Shown here one piece after another: positions 26,962 through 35,549 of a DNA stretch of 47,498 bases. The notes under the pieces were generated by a model. The model was not told the DNA's origin, searched no databases, and saw only the letters and a list, made by a program, of their open reading frames with translations. Source of the DNA: Vermiphilus sp. (GTDB lineage Bacteria > Ratteibacteria > UBA8468 > B48-G9 > DTJG01); contig DYKA01000002.1 in assembly GCA_020722805.1 (NCBI GenBank), positions 1-47,498 of the forward strand, read 5' to 3'. The translations under genes and the position numbers were made by a program. The first letter of the stretch is position 1. Each line of letters opens with the position of its first letter.

Positions 26962-27396
26962 ATGATTGAGACCACAGCAGAAGAAGCATGGAAAACAAAA
27001 TATCCTGAATAGATTGTGCTTGTAACCACCATATCAAAAAATGGCACTACAGACATAATAACCCTTGGTTGGGCAATGCCCACATCATTTCAACTGCCAA
27101 TGGCTACAATCTCAATCGGGCATTCAAGATACTCTCACGAACTGTTAATGGAAGTTCCTGAATTTGTACTGTGCTTTCCCTCTGTTCAGCAGAAAGATGC
27201 AGTTATCTACTGCGGAACCCATTCAGGAAGGCAACATGACAAATTCAAAGAAACAGGGCTTATGCAGATACCTTCCAGATATATCAGGCCGCCTATCATT
27301 GCAGAAAGTGTCGCTGCTTTTGAGTGCAGGGTAACAGGGACTCTCATAACAGGGGACCATACGATTTTCGCAGGAGAAATCCTTACTGCATCCTGA
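26962..27396 (+). pseudogene. flavin reductase-like (FMN-binding split-barrel) gene with in-frame TAG and truncated 3-prime end
   Basis: AGGAGG (26951-26956) and ATG 26962 open MIETTAEEAWKTKYPE, then TAG (27010-27012), then IVLVTTISKNG...GDHTIFAGEILTAS*. The tracked ORF is 27016..27396. The family normally continues about 25-40 aa beyond the GDHT.F.GE motif; here the IS end follows instead. Confidence 0.65.
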
Positions 27397-28760
27397 ATTC
27401 CTCATAGAGATTTTCTTAAGCAATTTTGTTTCTCTCATTTTGTTAGGAAGAGAAAAATATATAATGAGAGAAAGGAAAGTTACAAAAAGATAACCTTTCA
27501 GTGTTTCTTCTTTATGTGCTCTTAAAGGTAATCCGGATAGTTCGTTTTTTATTGTTCTAAACATTTTTTCTATTTTGTCCTTGCCTCGGTAAAGAGAAAT
27601 AGGTAAGTTCCATGGCAAATCTTGGGAAGAAAGAAGAATCTCTTTGCCCATATGAAGTAATAAATCATTAATAGTTTTTTTTCTTTTAATCCGGAAATGG
27701 TTCTCTTTTACAGTATAAGAAAGATAAACTGAAAAATTCCCTGCTATATTTTTAAAGATGTGTTTTTTGTTTTCTCCTTTTTTAACTTGCATTTCTTCAA
27801 GAGCCTCTTCTATCTCAGAAAGTTTCTTATAAAATTTTATCTTTTCTCTTGTTTCCCTTTCTATATCATGATAAAGATAGTAATAAAACATTTCCTTTCC
27901 TATTTGTATTTGTCCTTTTACTATCGGAATAAATCCATCTTGATATTTCTTTAAATTTTGGGGAGAATGTAAATTTCTTCTTTCTTTCCTTATAAGAAAA
28001 CAAGCAATTTTCCAAGACAATGGTAATGGCATAATAAATTTCCATCCTTGTTGTTTTAATTCTTGTAGATTGGATATACTATAAAACCCTTTGTCTAAAA
28101 TCAAAAGCGGTTTCCCTTTCCCTAAAATTCTTATTTCTGTCATTAAATTCTTAAGAGTTTTTACATCAGGAATACTGCCAGGAAATATTTTGTAGTAAAG
28201 TGGCAAATTACTTTCAGAAACATCTACAAGTCCTACATTTATTTGAGGAAGTGTTTCATTATCCCTGTTATATCCGTATTCTAAAAGATTTATAGAATTG
28301 GAATAAGAAGAAAGAGAAATTATATCATAGAAAAGTGTTCCTTCAGTTTCCTTCCGCTCTTCCCACCAACACAGGAAAAATTCTAATATTTTCCTATCTT
28401 CTTGCCCTGTCCTTTCCAAAAACCTACTCAAACTTTGACATATACATCTCCCCAGTCCAATGCACATCTGGGCTTTTCTACTATTAATCCCCTTACTCTT
28501 TCTATCCCTCTTTCTGTAACTTTACCCAAATATTTTACTCTTTGTCTTATCTTTTTTTCTCTTTCATCATAATAATGAGTTACTTTATACGCATATTCAT
28601 TCTTACCGAATATCTTATGTCTTATAAAACTTTATACATTTTCTCCCCCTTTATGGCTATTTAGGCATAAAATAGAAAATTATCCGTTGGAGAAAAAGAA
28701 AATTTTGAATCTTTCTATACCTGTCTTAAAATAATATGCCTAAAAAATGAAAAATTCAGG
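27392..28760 (-). mobile_element. decayed IS1634/IS4-like insertion sequence
   Basis: Imperfect terminal inverted repeats bracket the transposase frames: CCTGAATTCCTCAT (27392-27405) and the reverse complement of ATGAAAAATTCAGG (28747-28760), 12/14 matched. No target-site duplication is seen. Confidence 0.55.
27397..28639 (-). pseudogene. DDE transposase (IS1634/IS4-like), frameshifted
   Basis: AGGGGGAG RBS plus ATG 28639. Recognisable pieces are NEYAYKVTHYYDEREKKIRQRVKYLGKV, LFYDIISLSSYS (D1), LLILDKGFYS (D2) and YRGKDKIEKMFRTIKNEL (E/K motif). At least two frame changes are needed: at the homopolymer 28626-28629 and near 28450. The tracked ORF 27223..28467 runs past the IS end antisense into the flavin-reductase gene. 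Confidence 0.7.
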
Positions 28761-28865
28761 TATATATATCTTGTCAAGAGATAAAAAATAATTATTACTG
28801 GCTACATTTTGAAAACAAAAATAGGGGTTAAGTACTTGTCTGTAATGGAGTTAGATTACTTTAGG

Positions 28866-29636
28866 TCAGGGTAAAATGCGTTTAAAGATTAAAGAAATTA
28901 AAAAGAAAAAAGTTGAAACAATAATAATTAATGGACCGGCTGGAAATCCAGTTATTTTAAAAAGTAAAATTCCTAAGAAAGAACTTAAAACTCCCCAAAA
29001 AGCTCCGCCAAGAGAAAATTGAAGTAAGTTTCTACTCAAATTTCTGGCTGTCGCGGCTGGTATGGCAACCAAAGCCGCTGTTAAAAGCCCCCCAACAATT
29101 TTCACGCCCAAAGCAACGATTATGGCAATAGAAAATAAATAAAGAAGATTATATTTTTTAACATTGATTCCTTCAGTTTTTGCTAAATCTTCAGAAATAT
29201 TAATTAAGGTTATTTTAAAGTAAATTTTTTTGATCAAGAGAAAAAGAAAAATAGATAAAATGCAAGTTATTAATGTGTCCAAAAAACCGATTTTTGAAAT
29301 ATCACCGACTAAAGCGGTTTCTGCCTTTTCAATTGGCAGGAATAAAAAGGCAATGGCAACGCCTGAAGCAAAAACAATGGCCGTTAAAGCCTCTATTGGC
29401 AATTTTGTTCTAATTTCAAAAAGCCAAATAAGAAGAATTCCTAAAATAACAAAAGGAAAGGCGCCCAAAGAAACATCAAAGCCATATAAAAGAGCTAAGG
29501 CAATGCCAGGTAAGGTTAAATGACCAAGGGGACCAGCAACTAAACTCATCTTTCTTGATAGCATCAACGTTCCTAAATACCCCGCCACTCCTCCAATAAA
29601 AATTCCCGCGATTAAACTTAATAAAAATTGTTCCAT
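28866..29636 (-). CDS. metal ABC transporter permease (ABC-3 family, ZnuB/MntB-like)
   Basis: This is a 256-aa polytopic protein with the ABC-3 pattern (GPLGHLTLPGIAL, AALVAIPAATAR). It lies 4 nt downstream of the ZnuC-like ATPase. Confidence 0.8.
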   Translation of the reverse strand: MEQFLLSLIAGIFIGGVAGYLGTLMLSRKMSLVAGPLGHLTLPGIALALLYGFDVSLGAFPFVILGILLIWLFEIRTKLPIEALTAIVFASGVAIAFLFLPIEKAETALVGDISKIGFLDTLITCILSIFLFLLIKKIYFKITLINISEDLAKTEGINVKKYNLLYLFSIAIIVALGVKIVGGLLTAALVAIPAATARNLSRNLLQFSLGGAFWGVLSSFLGILLFKITGFPAGPLIIIVSTFFFLISLIFKRILP

Positions 29637-29640
29637 AATT

Positions 29641-30342
29641 TTAGTGTTTATGATGCTCGTAAAATTTCACTTCTTCGCCATAAATCTTTTGTAAGGTTTC
29701 TGTATTTAAAACTTCTTTTGGAAAACCCTGGCAAATTGGACATTTATTCAAACAAATTACATAGTTTGAAAATTTATAGACAACGCTTAAATCATGGGTT
29801 ACAAGTAAAATTGTTAAATCCCTTTCTTTTTTTAATTTGGCCAGCAATCCATAAATGGTTTCTTCGCCTCCAATATCAATCCCGGTAGTTGGTTCGTCAA
29901 AAAGCAAAACATTGGGATTTCCAATTAAAGCCCAGACAACCAGTATTCTCTGGAATTGGCCTGAGGATAAGTTTCCTATCTCGCCCTTTTGAAAAAAGGC
30001 GGAGTTCTCTTCAAACCCTACTGAATTCAAGGCTTTTTTTGTTTCTTCCTTTGTTGAAATTCCTTTTAATCTAAAAAAATCTTCAATACTCATTGGGCTG
30101 TCTTTTATAAATGGTAATCTTTGAGGGACATAGCCAATTTTAACTTCTTTGCGCCATTTAATTTCTCCTTGATATGGCAAAATTCCCAATAAAGTTTTCA
30201 ATAAAACTGTTTTTCCCGCGCCGTTTGGTCCTAAAATAGTCAAAATATCACCTTTTTTCACCTCAAAAGAAAGATCTTTAATGATTTCTTCTTTTCCCAG
30301 TTTCACATTCAAATTTTCCACTTTTAAAATAATTTCTGCCAT
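29641..30342 (-). CDS. metal ABC transporter ATP-binding protein (ZnuC-like)
   Basis: Walker A GPNGAGKT, signature LSSGQFQR, Walker B LLFDEPTTGID, H-loop VTHD. ATG 30342 is preferred over GTG 30351. Confidence 0.85.
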   Translation of the reverse strand: MAEIILKVENLNVKLGKEEIIKDLSFEVKKGDILTILGPNGAGKTVLLKTLLGILPYQGEIKWRKEVKIGYVPQRLPFIKDSPMSIEDFFRLKGISTKEETKKALNSVGFEENSAFFQKGEIGNLSSGQFQRILVVWALIGNPNVLLFDEPTTGIDIGGEETIYGLLAKLKKERDLTILLVTHDLSVVYKFSNYVICLNKCPICQGFPKEVLNTETLQKIYGEEVKFYEHHKH

Positions 30343-30380
30343 TTTCCCCACCGGTAATCACTATTTCCCCATCTTTATGG

Positions 30381-31730
30381 TTAACTTTTTATTTTTAACA
30401 TTGCGTTTTGAGCAGCGGCAATAAGAGAATAAACCGTCGGTGCTGAAGTTAAAAGGGGATGAGTGGCTATTTGCCAGGTATTAAAATCAAAAAGTGAAGT
30501 TTTTTGTTGAATAGCCATAGAAAGTATATTTAACATTTCGCCAACGCTTTCTGGTCCCATAATTTCTCCGCCCAAAAGCAAATTTTGCGATGACCTGGCA
30601 AAAATTAGTTTGACTTTAATTTTCCCCATACCTGGCAAACTCGCTGGATGACGATTTGGCGCTTCGGCCTCGCCAATTAAATAATCAATTCCTATCTTTT
30701 TTGTTCGTGCTTCAGTTAAGCCGGCTACCCCGAGGGCTAAGCCATCAATAAAAGTTGAAAAAACGCCGATTGTTCCTTTCTTTTCTCTAAGAAGTTTTAT
30801 TTGGTATAAATTGTTGGCGGCGATCCTGGCTTCAGTAGTGGCAACCGAAGCAAGCATTACGGGAATATTTTCCCCGATAATAAAATCTTTGGTTTGAGCG
30901 CAATCGCCTACGGCGAAAATATCCGGTATGTTCGTTCTTAAATACGCATCTACTCGTATTCCTCCTTTTTCTTCTGTTTTGATACCGGCTTTTTTGGCTA
31001 AATCAATATTAGGCTGACCGCCGGTTGATAAAATTATCATATCGGCCGGCAATTTTTCTCCATTATCTAATTGAACATATTCTATTTTATGTCTACCGCC
31101 TATTTCTTTTATTGTTGTGTTAGTGAAAATTTTAACGCCTTTGTTCTTTAATTTTTCTTCCGCAGCAATAGCAAATTCTTCGTCAAAATTGGTAATTAAA
31201 CAATGGTCTAATTGTTCAACAATACTGATATTCAAATCTTTGATGTCGCTTAATTCTTCTGCAAACTCCACGCCGATAAAACCTCCCCCGATAATAATTA
31301 TATTTTTACTCTGCCAAACCTCCCTGCGAAGTTTTACTAAATAGTCATAATCTTTTTTTACCAGCCACACTCCTTCCTTTTCTATGCCAGGGATAGGAAT
31401 TAAATGCGGCACTGAACCTAAAGCCAAAATTAACTTGTCATAATTAAAAGTATCTTTGTTTTTAAGAATTACTTGCTTTTCTCCATGTTTGATTTCTTCT
31501 ACTTCGCCGATCACTAAATTAACCTCATTATCTAATAACAGATGGTCGGGCATTAAATTTTGCTCAACTGAATTGAGGCGATTAAAAATATAGGGAATTC
31601 CGCATGGAATGATACTTTTTACTTCTTTTCTGATTAAATTTATCGTTTTTGTTGGATAGTTTTTTCTGGCAGTTACAGCCGCCACTATGCCGGCCGGACC
31701 ACCGCCAATGATTAAAATATCTGTTTTCAT
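30381..31730 (-). CDS. FAD-dependent pyridine nucleotide-disulfide oxidoreductase (NADH oxidase / CoA-disulfide reductase class)
   Basis: Motifs: ILIIGGGPAGIVAA, IIIIGGGFIGVEFAE, FAVGDCA. A single redox Cys sits in IIPCGIPYIF, as in Nox/CoADR enzymes. Confidence 0.8.
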   Translation of the reverse strand: MKTDILIIGGGPAGIVAAVTARKNYPTKTINLIRKEVKSIIPCGIPYIFNRLNSVEQNLMPDHLLLDNEVNLVIGEVEEIKHGEKQVILKNKDTFNYDKLILALGSVPHLIPIPGIEKEGVWLVKKDYDYLVKLRREVWQSKNIIIIGGGFIGVEFAEELSDIKDLNISIVEQLDHCLITNFDEEFAIAAEEKLKNKGVKIFTNTTIKEIGGRHKIEYVQLDNGEKLPADMIILSTGGQPNIDLAKKAGIKTEEKGGIRVDAYLRTNIPDIFAVGDCAQTKDFIIGENIPVMLASVATTEARIAANNLYQIKLLREKKGTIGVFSTFIDGLALGVAGLTEARTKKIGIDYLIGEAEAPNRHPASLPGMGKIKVKLIFARSSQNLLLGGEIMGPESVGEMLNILSMAIQQKTSLFDFNTWQIATHPLLTSAPTVYSLIAAAQNAMLKIKS

Positions 31731-31985
31731 AAGTTATTGTCTCCTTTTATTTAATTTTTTTGTCTCTTCACCATTTTGTATGCCTGCCTGTGCCGAAGGC
31801 AGACAGGGAAGAAAGACAGAACCTTAGATCAAATCTTCTACATTAAATTAAATCCGTAACTTCCTACATTTTAAGTAATAAGATTAAGTAATAAGATTTT
31901 ATCATATTCTTTTTTAAGTTGAGAAATATGCTTGAATTGTTTTAACGCCGAAGCCGTAAACTTTGGTTGGGGATAATCCGGATTG

Positions 31986-32014
31986 TTGACATCAATATTT
32001 TAATAGTGTAATAT
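31986..32014 (+). promoter_or_regulatory. sigma70-type promoter of the gap-pgk-tpiA-secG operon
   Basis: TTGACA (31986-31991), 17 nt, TAATAT (32009-32014). AGGAGG at 32051-32056 precedes ATG 32061. Confidence 0.55.
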
Positions 32015-32060
32015 ATGCGCCAGTAGTTATTCCACTTTTTCACCACCAAAAGGAGGACTT

Positions 32061-33062
32061 ATGCGAGTTGCTATTAATGGATTTGGAAGAATAGGGAGAT
32101 TGGTACTCAGGGCAGCGATTGAACAGAATGTTAAGGATTTTGATATTGTGGCATTTAATGATATTGCTGATATTAAAACCAACGCACATCTTTTTAAGTA
32201 TGACTCAAACTACGGAATTTTTCAGGGAACAGTAGATGTAAAAGATAAAGAAATTGCAATCAATGGCAGGCCCTACAAGGTTTTGATTGAAAAAGATCCG
32301 AAGAATCTTCCGTGGAAAGCCCTTGACATAGATGTTGTTGTTGAATCCACGGGACTTTTTACAGAAGCAGAGAAGGCAAAGGCACACATTGAAGCAGGAG
32401 CGAAAAAGGTTGTCATAACAGCACCCGCAAAGGGTGAGGATGTGATGATTGTTATCGGAGTTAATGACTCAGTGTATAACCCTGCAAAACACAATATAAT
32501 TTCAAATGCGTCCTGCACAACGAACTGTCTTGCTCCAATGGTAAAAGTCATTGACGATAATTTTGGGGTCATCCGCGGGCTCATGACCACTATTCATTCT
32601 TACACGAATGATCAGAGAATTCTTGACCTTCCGCATAGGGATTTACGCAGGGCAAGGGCAGGTGCAATTTCAATGATTCCTACAACAACAGGTGCAGCAA
32701 AAGCAATTGGAAAGATAATACCAAAACTGAATGGCAGGTTGAATGGACTCTCACTCAGAGTTCCCACTCCAACAGTTTCAATAGTGGATCTTGTTGCACA
32801 AATAGAAAAGAAGGCAGATGTTCAAACACTTAATGCCGCATTCAAGAAGGCGGCAGACAGCACGATGAAGGGAATCCTTGAATACTGTGAAGAGCCACTT
32901 GTTTCAAGAGATTTTGTGAAAAATCCCCATTCCTGCATTTTTGATGCACCTTCAACCTATGTGATTGATGACCTTGTGAAGGTTTTTGGATGGTACGATA
33001 ATGAATGGGGATACAGCTGCAGGATCGTGGATCTGCTCAGGTTGATCAGTAAGAAAGGTTGA
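32061..33062 (+). CDS. gap: type I glyceraldehyde-3-phosphate dehydrogenase
   Basis: Motifs: INGFGRIGR, catalytic [21 protein letters not shown]. Confidence 0.95.
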   Translation: MRVAINGFGRIGRLVLRAAIEQNVKDFDIVAFNDIADIKTNAHLFKYDSNYGIFQGTVDVKDKEIAINGRPYKVLIEKDPKNLPWKALDIDVVVESTGLFTEAEKAKAHIEAGAKKVVITAPAKGEDVMIVIGVNDSVYNPAKHNIISNASCTTNCLAPMVKVIDDNFGVIRGLMTTIHSYTNDQRILDLPHRDLRRARAGAISMIPTTTGAAKAIGKIIPKLNGRLNGLSLRVPTPTVSIVDLVAQIEKKADVQTLNAAFKKAADSTMKGILEYCEEPLVSRDFVKNPHSCIFDAPSTYVIDDLVKVFGWYDNEWGYSCRIVDLLRLISKKG

Positions 33063-33079
33063 ATTTCCTGGAGGAAACC

Positions 33080-34276
33080 ATGGAATTGATTACTGTCAGG
33101 GATAAAGATTATTCAGGGAAGCGGGTGTTTGTTCGGGTGGATTTTAATGTTCCCCTTGATAAGAACCTGAACATTACTGACGATACGAGAATCAGAGCCT
33201 CACTTGATACGATTAACTTTCTGCTGGGTCAGAAGGCTATTCTGGTTCTGGCCTCGCACCTTGGAAGACCAAAGGGAAAGCCTAACCCTGAGATGAGTTT
33301 GGCTCCAGTTGCAAAGCGTCTTTCAGAGCTGCTCGGGAAAGATGTGAAGTTAGCAACCGACTGTGTTGGTCCAGAAGCAAGAAGGGTTGTTGACACAACA
33401 AAACCTGGTGATGTTGTTTTGCTTGAGAATTTAAGATTTCATCCTGAAGAAGAAGAAAATGGGGAGGCCTTTTCAAAAGGTCTTGCAGAACTTGCTGACT
33501 GCTATGTGAATGATGCATTCGGTACATCCCACAGAGCCCATGCTTCAATTGTCGGTATCACCAAATTTCTGCAGGATAAGGCCGCCGGATTTCTTATTGA
33601 AAGAGAAGTGAATGCTCTCAGCAGACTTATTGAGAAGCCAGAAAAACCATTTTTATTAATCATCGGTGGGGCAAAGGTCAGTGACAAGATTGGGATGCTG
33701 AAAAATCTTCTTGATAAGGTTGATACAATTATCACAGGTGGTGTAATGGCTTACACGTTTATCAGGGCAAACAACTGGGAAACAGGAAACTCAAAGGTTG
33801 AGACTGATGCCATTCCACTTGCGAAAGAAATTTATAAGGAACTCAGGAAAAGACATCTTGAATTTCATACACCCCTTGACCACGTTGTCGCTGATAAGGT
33901 TTCTGAGGATGCGCATTATTTTACTACTGAAAGGGGTACTGTACCTATTGGATGGACCGGCGTTGATATTGGGCCGCAGGCAATTGAAGAATACTCTGAC
34001 TGTATAAGGCGGGCAAAAACAATATTCTGGAATGGACCTATGGGTGTTTTTGAGATAGAACAATTTGCAAAAGGAACAATTGAAATTGCAAAAGCAGTTG
34101 CAGATGCAGATGCTTTTTCTGTTATTGGCGGCGGGGACTCTATTGCGGCAGTGCAGAAGGCCGGGGTTACAGACAGAATCTCCCACATATGCACCGGTGG
34201 CGGAGCATCTCTGGAATTTCTTGAAGGCAAGGGACTGCCTGGTATTGACATTCTTGAAAAGAGGGTAATCCAGTGA
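33080..34276 (+). CDS. pgk: phosphoglycerate kinase
   Basis: Motifs: RVDFNVP, ASHLGRPKG, FHPEEE, GGGDS, TGGGASLEFLEGK. GGAGGA precedes ATG 33080. Confidence 0.95.
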   Translation: MELITVRDKDYSGKRVFVRVDFNVPLDKNLNITDDTRIRASLDTINFLLGQKAILVLASHLGRPKGKPNPEMSLAPVAKRLSELLGKDVKLATDCVGPEARRVVDTTKPGDVVLLENLRFHPEEEENGEAFSKGLAELADCYVNDAFGTSHRAHASIVGITKFLQDKAAGFLIEREVNALSRLIEKPEKPFLLIIGGAKVSDKIGMLKNLLDKVDTIITGGVMAYTFIRANNWETGNSKVETDAIPLAKEIYKELRKRHLEFHTPLDHVVADKVSEDAHYFTTERGTVPIGWTGVDIGPQAIEEYSDCIRRAKTIFWNGPMGVFEIEQFAKGTIEIAKAVADADAFSVIGGGDSIAAVQKAGVTDRISHICTGGGASLEFLEGKGLPGIDILEKRVIQ

Positions 34277-35025
34277 GAAAACCATTGATTGCTGGAAACT
34301 GGAAGATGTACAAGGTACCCTCAGAGGCAGAGTTATTTGCAAAGGAACTGAAAAACATGCCTGCCTACGGGGACAGGGATATTGTTGTTTGTGTGCCTTT
34401 TCCCGCAATATCGGGTGTCAGAAGAATTCTTGCAGAGACAGGTATATTTGTGGGTGCGCAAAATGTCTATCCTGCAAAGGAGGGCGCCTATACAGGAGAA
34501 GTTTCACCCTTGATGTTAAAGGACGCCGGGGTACTGTTTGTTATATGTGGGCACTCGGAAAGAAGGCAGATTTTCAATGAGACAGATGATTTTATTGCTG
34601 AAAAAGTGAAAGCAGTGATTGATTACGAAATGACGCCAGTTCTGTGCATCGGTGAAACATTGAAACAAAACGAGGCAGGAGAGACATTTACTGTTATAGA
34701 AAAACAGTTGAAAACAGGACTGCGGCATATTTCAGGGGATGCAATCAGGAAGATAATAATAGCATATGAACCAGTATGGGCGATCGGTACAGGGAAAAAT
34801 GCAACACCGCAGCAGGCACAGACGGTTCACAGATTCATAAGGAAGTTTATTGAACAGAATTATGGGCAGGTTGCCCGTGATGTTCGTATTCTTTACGGCG
34901 GAAGTGTGAAGCCAGAAAACATTGACGATTTAATGTGTGAAGAAGATATTGATGGAGCGCTTGTTGGCGGAGCAAGCTTGAGGTTTGAATCATTTTCAAG
35001 AATAGTGGGGTTTCAAAAAAAATAA
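34273..35025 (+). CDS. tpiA: triose-phosphate isomerase
   Basis: Motifs: AGNWKM, CGHSERR, AYEPVWAIGTG, YGGSV. The gene overlaps pgk by 4 bp. Confidence 0.95.
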   Translation: MRKPLIAGNWKMYKVPSEAELFAKELKNMPAYGDRDIVVCVPFPAISGVRRILAETGIFVGAQNVYPAKEGAYTGEVSPLMLKDAGVLFVICGHSERRQIFNETDDFIAEKVKAVIDYEMTPVLCIGETLKQNEAGETFTVIEKQLKTGLRHISGDAIRKIIIAYEPVWAIGTGKNATPQQAQTVHRFIRKFIEQNYGQVARDVRILYGGSVKPENIDDLMCEEDIDGALVGGASLRFESFSRIVGFQKK

Positions 35026-35044
35026 TTTTTAATGTGAGGTTTCT

Positions 35045-35410
35045 ATGATGACCTTTCTGGTTGTGATACATCTGATAGTTTCTCTTCTTTTGATAGCTGC
35101 TGTTTTGCTTCAAAGCGGTAAGGGCTCTTCAATGGCAAATGTTTTTGGTGGCGGAGGGATGGAGACCGTATTCGGAGCTGAGACACCTGCAATTATGAAT
35201 AGAATCACGACTGTGCTGGCCATTGTTTTCATGATTAACTGCATACTTCTGACAACCCTGTCATTCAAATATAAAAGCGGTACTGTGATTCAAAGAGAAC
35301 TTCAGAAGCATTCTGCTCCTGCGGTGCCATCAGAAGAGCCGGTTCAACCGCAGATACCAACACCACCAACAAATGTGCCTCCGGCACAGAATAATGTAAA
35401 TACTCAGTGA
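35045..35410 (+). CDS. secG: preprotein translocase subunit SecG
   Basis: LLIAAVLLQSGKGSSMANVFGGGG and a second TM helix are present, with a Pro-rich tail. The position after tpiA is the conserved one. Confidence 0.85.
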   Translation: MMTFLVVIHLIVSLLLIAAVLLQSGKGSSMANVFGGGGMETVFGAETPAIMNRITTVLAIVFMINCILLTTLSFKYKSGTVIQRELQKHSAPAVPSEEPVQPQIPTPPTNVPPAQNNVNTQ

Positions 35411-35412
35411 AG

Positions 35413-35545
35413 CTCGTTATGTTAGGCACAAAGTTAATACTTATCAACAAAGTGCGCTATACTCAGGCACATAGGCACAGAGTGAAAACAAAAGTATTAA
35501 AACTTTGTGCCTTTGTGCCTCAGTGCCTTTGTGCCTGTAAATATG
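35413..35545 (+). repeat. family-A palindromic intergenic repeat, copy A1 (MITE/REP-like)
   Basis: The arms GGCACAAAGTTAATACTT (35425-35442) and AAGTATTAAAACTTTGTGCC (35492-35511) are inverted repeats. The interior is shared with A2 (ATACTCAGGCACA.AGGCACAGAGT). The 3-prime tail carries extra TTTGTGCC/TCAGTGCC units up to 35536. Confidence 0.8.
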
Positions 35546-35549
35546 AACG

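Noticed and set aside
27223-27396. C-terminal 58 codons of the tracked transposase ORF overlapping the flavin-reductase gene
   Set aside because: This is a run-on of the transposase frame past the IS inverted repeat into antisense flavin-reductase sequence. It is not part of a genuine protein.
31783-31808. Stable hairpin CCTGCCTGTGCC-GAA-GGCAGACAGG (UUCG-type loop on the minus strand) in the leader of the oxidoreductase gene
   Set aside because: There is no following T-tract and no recognisable riboswitch or attenuator features. It is a single occurrence, so it is noted only as a possible mRNA-stabilising stem.
31872-31897. Perfect tandem duplication TAAGTAATAAGAT x2
   Set aside because: Two copies of a 13-mer in AT-rich non-coding DNA are most simply a slippage duplication. 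No function can be inferred.
31930-31985. Possible missing 3-prime piece of the flavin-reductase gene (frame reading IVLTPKP*TLVGDNPDC) at the far side of the atypical block
   Set aside because: The stretch is very short and interrupted by stops. It resembles the expected KP...LGG C-terminal motif only vaguely, which cannot support the idea that the whole 4.5-kb block is one insertion into that gene.
33791-34408. 205-aa and 111-aa minus-strand ORFs inside pgk/tpiA
   Set aside because: They are antisense to two unambiguous glycolytic genes. The sequence is Cys/Arg/Ser-rich and unlike real proteins.
35425-35536. Reiterated GGCACANAG / CTTTGTGCC units considered as a possible CRISPR-like array (also 47381-47425)
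   Set aside because: The units are only 8-9 nt, are contiguous or irregularly spaced, and have no unique spacers. No cas genes or leader are present. They are better explained as part of the family-A palindromic repeat.
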